Positions 61,251 through 64,000 of a stretch of DNA of 64,000 bases are shown piece by piece. The translations under genes and the position numbers were made by a program. Numbering within the stretch: position 1 is the first letter of the stretch; every line of letters begins with the position of its first letter. The notes beneath the pieces are model-generated. The model searched no databases and was not told the DNA's origin. It worked only from the letters and a program-made list of their open reading frames with translations. The DNA comes from Desulfobacterales bacterium (GTDB taxonomy: Bacteria > Desulfobacterota > Desulfobacteria > Desulfobacterales > UBA5852): assembly GCA_963674755.2 (NCBI GenBank), contig CAXXVS010000003.1, positions 2,304,001 through 2,368,000 on the forward strand, in the 5' to 3' direction.

Positions 61251-62194
61251 TGATGAAACTATTGGTTTATACCGATGGCGGCCCTGCCACCGACAAGGCG
61301 CTGGCTTTCGCGGCCCATTGGGTGCGGCAGCTCCAGGCGGAATTGGCCGTTATAACGGTGCGCGGCGAAACCCATGCCATGGAGACACCGCCGCCCCTGG
61401 GCCGGGAGGTGCCCTCCTCCGAATGGGACCGGTTGCCGGGTGGGTTGCAGGCCCTGACCCGCGCCGCGGCGCAGCTCGGCCAAGAGGAGGTCCTGGTGTT
61501 GCCGGCCGGCATCATGATCCGGGAAACGCCCCATAGCCACTTTTTTACCTGTCCTGGACGGGGCGACCACAAGATCGTCTTTCACGAGTGCTTCGGTCCT
61601 TTTATCGAAGCCCTCAACCGGGAGATCGACCGCCATCGCTATGACCTCCTGATCATCGCGCCTCCGGAGCGGGGACGCGTGCGGCGCTGGCTGCTGGGGG
61701 ACACCACCCGTAAACTGGCCCTCGATCTGCACACGTCGGTTCTGGTGGTGCGGGGCGGCACCCCGGAGAGCCGCCTGATGGTTTGTGTCGACGGCTCCGC
61801 CTCGTGCAAACGCGCTTTTCCCCTGCTGCAGCACCTGCTGCCCACGATCCGCAAACCCGTGGAAATTCTCTGGGTGCGCTCTTCCCGCGCGAACGCGGAA
61901 ACGGCGGACCAGGCCGCGCATTGCCTGAGCCGGGCCGCCCAATGGCTGGAGGCCTGCGGCAAACCGAACCGGGTCAACCAGATCCAAAACGACCACCCGG
62001 CCGAGGCTATCAGCACGGCCGCCGGCGAGGATGCGCTGGTGGTGATCGGCGCCAGCCTGCGCCATGATGTTTACCGCCGGACCCTGGGGACCTTGCCCAT
62101 GCGTCTGCTGGCCCGCACGTCGGCCAGCGTCCTGCTGGCCAAGGCGCCCCCGGAGGACGATCCGGGCACCTACGGGGGGAAGTTTACCTGCTGA
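61247..62194 (+). CDS. Tandem universal stress-type protein
   Basis: LLVYTDG, LLGDTTRKL, VCVDGS, LGTLPMRLL. Confidence 0.75.
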   Translation: MMMKLLVYTDGGPATDKALAFAAHWVRQLQAELAVITVRGETHAMETPPPLGREVPSSEWDRLPGGLQALTRAAAQLGQEEVLVLPAGIMIRETPHSHFFTCPGRGDHKIVFHECFGPFIEALNREIDRHRYDLLIIAPPERGRVRRWLLGDTTRKLALDLHTSVLVVRGGTPESRLMVCVDGSASCKRAFPLLQHLLPTIRKPVEILWVRSSRANAETADQAAHCLSRAAQWLEACGKPNRVNQIQNDHPAEAISTAAGEDALVVIGASLRHDVYRRTLGTLPMRLLARTSASVLLAKAPPEDDPGTYGGKFTC

Positions 62195-62323
62195 CCCCAT
62201 CACACGGCGACCGCGATCCAGGCCTGACCCCTGCACGCCGAACGCTTCGCCAATCGATTCCGCCGCCGGTTCTTTTGCCTGGCCGGCCGGTGTTTTACAG
62301 GGCTCCCCTTAACCGGAGAACTG

Positions 62324-62878
62324 ATGACCGTCGAATACTTTATCGCCCATTTCGGCTATGCCGCGATCTTCGTGGGCACCTTCCTGGAGGGCGAAATCAT
62401 TCTGGTGCTGGCCGGTATGGCCGCCCACCACGGCTACTTGAACCTTCCCCTGGTAATCACGGCCGCTTGTCTGGGAACCTCTTTCGGGGACCTGCTCTAT
62501 TTCTTTTTGGGGCGCTGGCACGGCGATCTGCTCCTGAAGAAAAAAGCCTCCTGGCAGCGGCGGGCCGCGCGGGTCCGCAAGTTGCTTGACCGCTACCAGA
62601 CGCTCCTGATCCTATCCTTCCGGTTTCTCTACGGACTGCGCACCGTAACCCCCTTTGTGCTCGGCATGAGCCGGGTGGCGGCCTGGAAATTTATTCTGGC
62701 CAGTTTTGTCGGCGCCCTGATGTGGGCCGCGGCCGTGGGATACGCCGGATACCTTTTCGGCAATGCGGCCGCACGCCTTCTGGGAGATGTCAAGGATTAC
62801 GAAATCATCGTGTTTGCCGCCCTGGCGGCGGTGGGGGCCGTCATGTGGGCGATCAACGTCTACCGTCGGCGAAAATAG
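62324..62878 (+). CDS. DedA-family membrane protein
   Basis: FLEGE, GD...FFLGR, RFLYGLR. Confidence 0.92.
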   Translation: MTVEYFIAHFGYAAIFVGTFLEGEIILVLAGMAAHHGYLNLPLVITAACLGTSFGDLLYFFLGRWHGDLLLKKKASWQRRAARVRKLLDRYQTLLILSFRFLYGLRTVTPFVLGMSRVAAWKFILASFVGALMWAAAVGYAGYLFGNAAARLLGDVKDYEIIVFAALAAVGAVMWAINVYRRRK

Positions 62879-62932
62879 GATTGCCGGTCCGGGAAGGGGC
62901 ACTGGCAATGGTAACGGGGTCTATCCTGTTCG

Positions 62933-63255
62933 TTTTGATCAAAACCCGCCACCTCTGACGAGGGGGGTACGGAGCGGTTCTACCGATCCAGGGTGCCTTT
63001 ACATCAATTGGTTTCTTCATTTTCTTTCACGTGAAAGAAAACGGAAGCAAAAGAAAACGCCCGTGTCCCGCTTGATCCTGCGCGTCGTCACGGCGGCCGG
63101 AGCGCGCGGAAACTCGCTTCGCTCAGACAGTCCGCGCGCTTTAATCCGGCCACCGCGCCGATGCTCGGCGCGGGACAAAGGGAAGTTCAAACCCTAAACT
63201 TCTAAAACCGTTTTCAAGCCCCCTTCGATGGGGCTTCCTGAGGACTCCCGCCATG
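62933..63255 (+). repeat. Repeat family A, third copy
   Basis: Long near-identical stretches to 53426-53920. Confidence 0.9.
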
Positions 63256-63289
63256 CGGAAGGAACTGCACCGGGCGGAAAGGAGGCGCT

Positions 63290-63797
63290 TTGAACGGCGT
63301 TCAGGTGATATTGGGTCTTGTCATTTTGTTATTCGGCCGGAAGCTCTTCTGGCTGTTCGTCGGCATCCTGGGCTTTCTGGCCGGAAGCCAGCTGGCGGCG
63401 ATCTGGTTAGCCGGCTACCCGGCTTGGGCTGTTCTCGCGACAAGTCTTCTGCTGGGGCTGGGCGGCGCTCTGCTGGCGGTTTTTTTTTGAACGGCTGGCC
63501 TTCGCGCTGGCCGGCTTCTATTGCGGGGTTTTCCTGGTGGCGGGCCTCGCCATGGAGACAGGCCTTTTCCCGCAATCGGTCCTCCTGCTTCTGGCCGGAG
63601 GTCTGGTGGGGGCGGTCCTGGCCGCCCTGGTCATGGACTGGGCCCTGGCCGCCCTGTCGGCCCTGGCTGGTGCGGGGGCCGTTGTCATGGCCTTGCCCCT
63701 GACCCCCGTGCTCAAAGCGGTCCTCTGGCTGGGATTGGCTCTGGCGGGCTATTTCTTCCAGATGGGCCGGTGGGGGCACAGCAACCGGCCGGAATAA
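63290..63797 (+). pseudogene. Membrane protein (DUF4203-like) split by a +1 frameshift in a T9 tract
   Basis: With T8 at 63480-63488, ORFs 63290 and 63537 join: ...LLAVFFERLAFALAGFYCG... Confidence 0.8.
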
Positions 63798-63847
63798 ATC
63801 ACGGCATGGGGCGACGGCGTCCCGGCCCTTTTTTTCAGGAGAGGCCC

Positions 63848-64000
63848 ATGCGAACCCTGCTCATTTCGGCCAATACCGAAAAGATCAACATGCCCACGCT
63901 TCCCATGGGGCTGGGATGCGTGGCGGCGGCCGTCATGGCCGCCGGGCACGACATGCGCTTTCTTGACCTGATGGCCGTGGACGACTGGCGGTCGCTGCTG
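63848..64000 (+). CDS. B12-binding radical SAM protein, 5' end (runs off window)
   Basis: MRTLLISANTEKINMPTLPMGLGCVAAAVMAAGHDMRFLDL; AGGAG RBS. Confidence 0.8.
   Translation, partial: MRTLLISANTEKINMPTLPMGLGCVAAAVMAAGHDMRFLDLMAVDDWRSLL

Noticed and set aside
44608..62236. Long minus-strand ORFs (474, 813, 467, 626, 452, 325 aa)
   Set aside because: Antisense shadows of well-supported plus-strand genes

Overview
This looks like a sulfate-reducer-type deltaproteobacterial chromosome (Desulfobacterales-like, inferred from gene content only), with a GC-rich backbone and an AT-rich accessory island. (1) 1-3.5 kb: LysR/SDR pair, an IS66 fragment, two integron-type attC cassettes with no integrase in the window, and remnants of a REP-associated (RAYT-like) transposase. 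(2) 3.2-31.8 kb: a ~28 kb island bracketed by a ~335 bp direct repeat. It carries two sigma54 activators, gabT-gdhA-PII, an IS200, and an operon for an atypical FAD/Fe-S dehydrogenase, ETF, ETF:quinone oxidoreductase, NCS1 permease and USP. It also carries two Mo- and one intact W-type aldehyde oxidoreductases with a TusE/cysteine desulfurase pair. Together these suggest an uncharacterised anaerobic amine/N-compound catabolic pathway, with sharp AT/GC mosaicism. (3) 32-44 kb: acyl-CoA ligase plus PTE-like lactonase, small enzymes, a phnDCE transporter with two PhnA-like hydrolases and a LysR, and a UGA-readthrough (UxxC) peroxiredoxin-like selenoprotein missed by the ORF track. (4) 44.7-53.4 kb: lysine 2,3-aminomutase-like radical SAM, YkgJ protein, two ATP-grasp ligases, a permease with an apparently non-catalytic eIF-2B-like protein, and a GNAT-HDAC-GNAT fusion; this is a candidate beta-lysine peptide pathway. 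(5) 54-64 kb: RND pair, SulP, USP, DedA, a poly-T-frameshifted membrane gene and the start of a B12-radical SAM gene, interspersed with structured intergenic repeat families. No CRISPR, tRNA or rRNA seen. All calls are by-eye motif recognition; no searches were run and GC statements are visual estimates.
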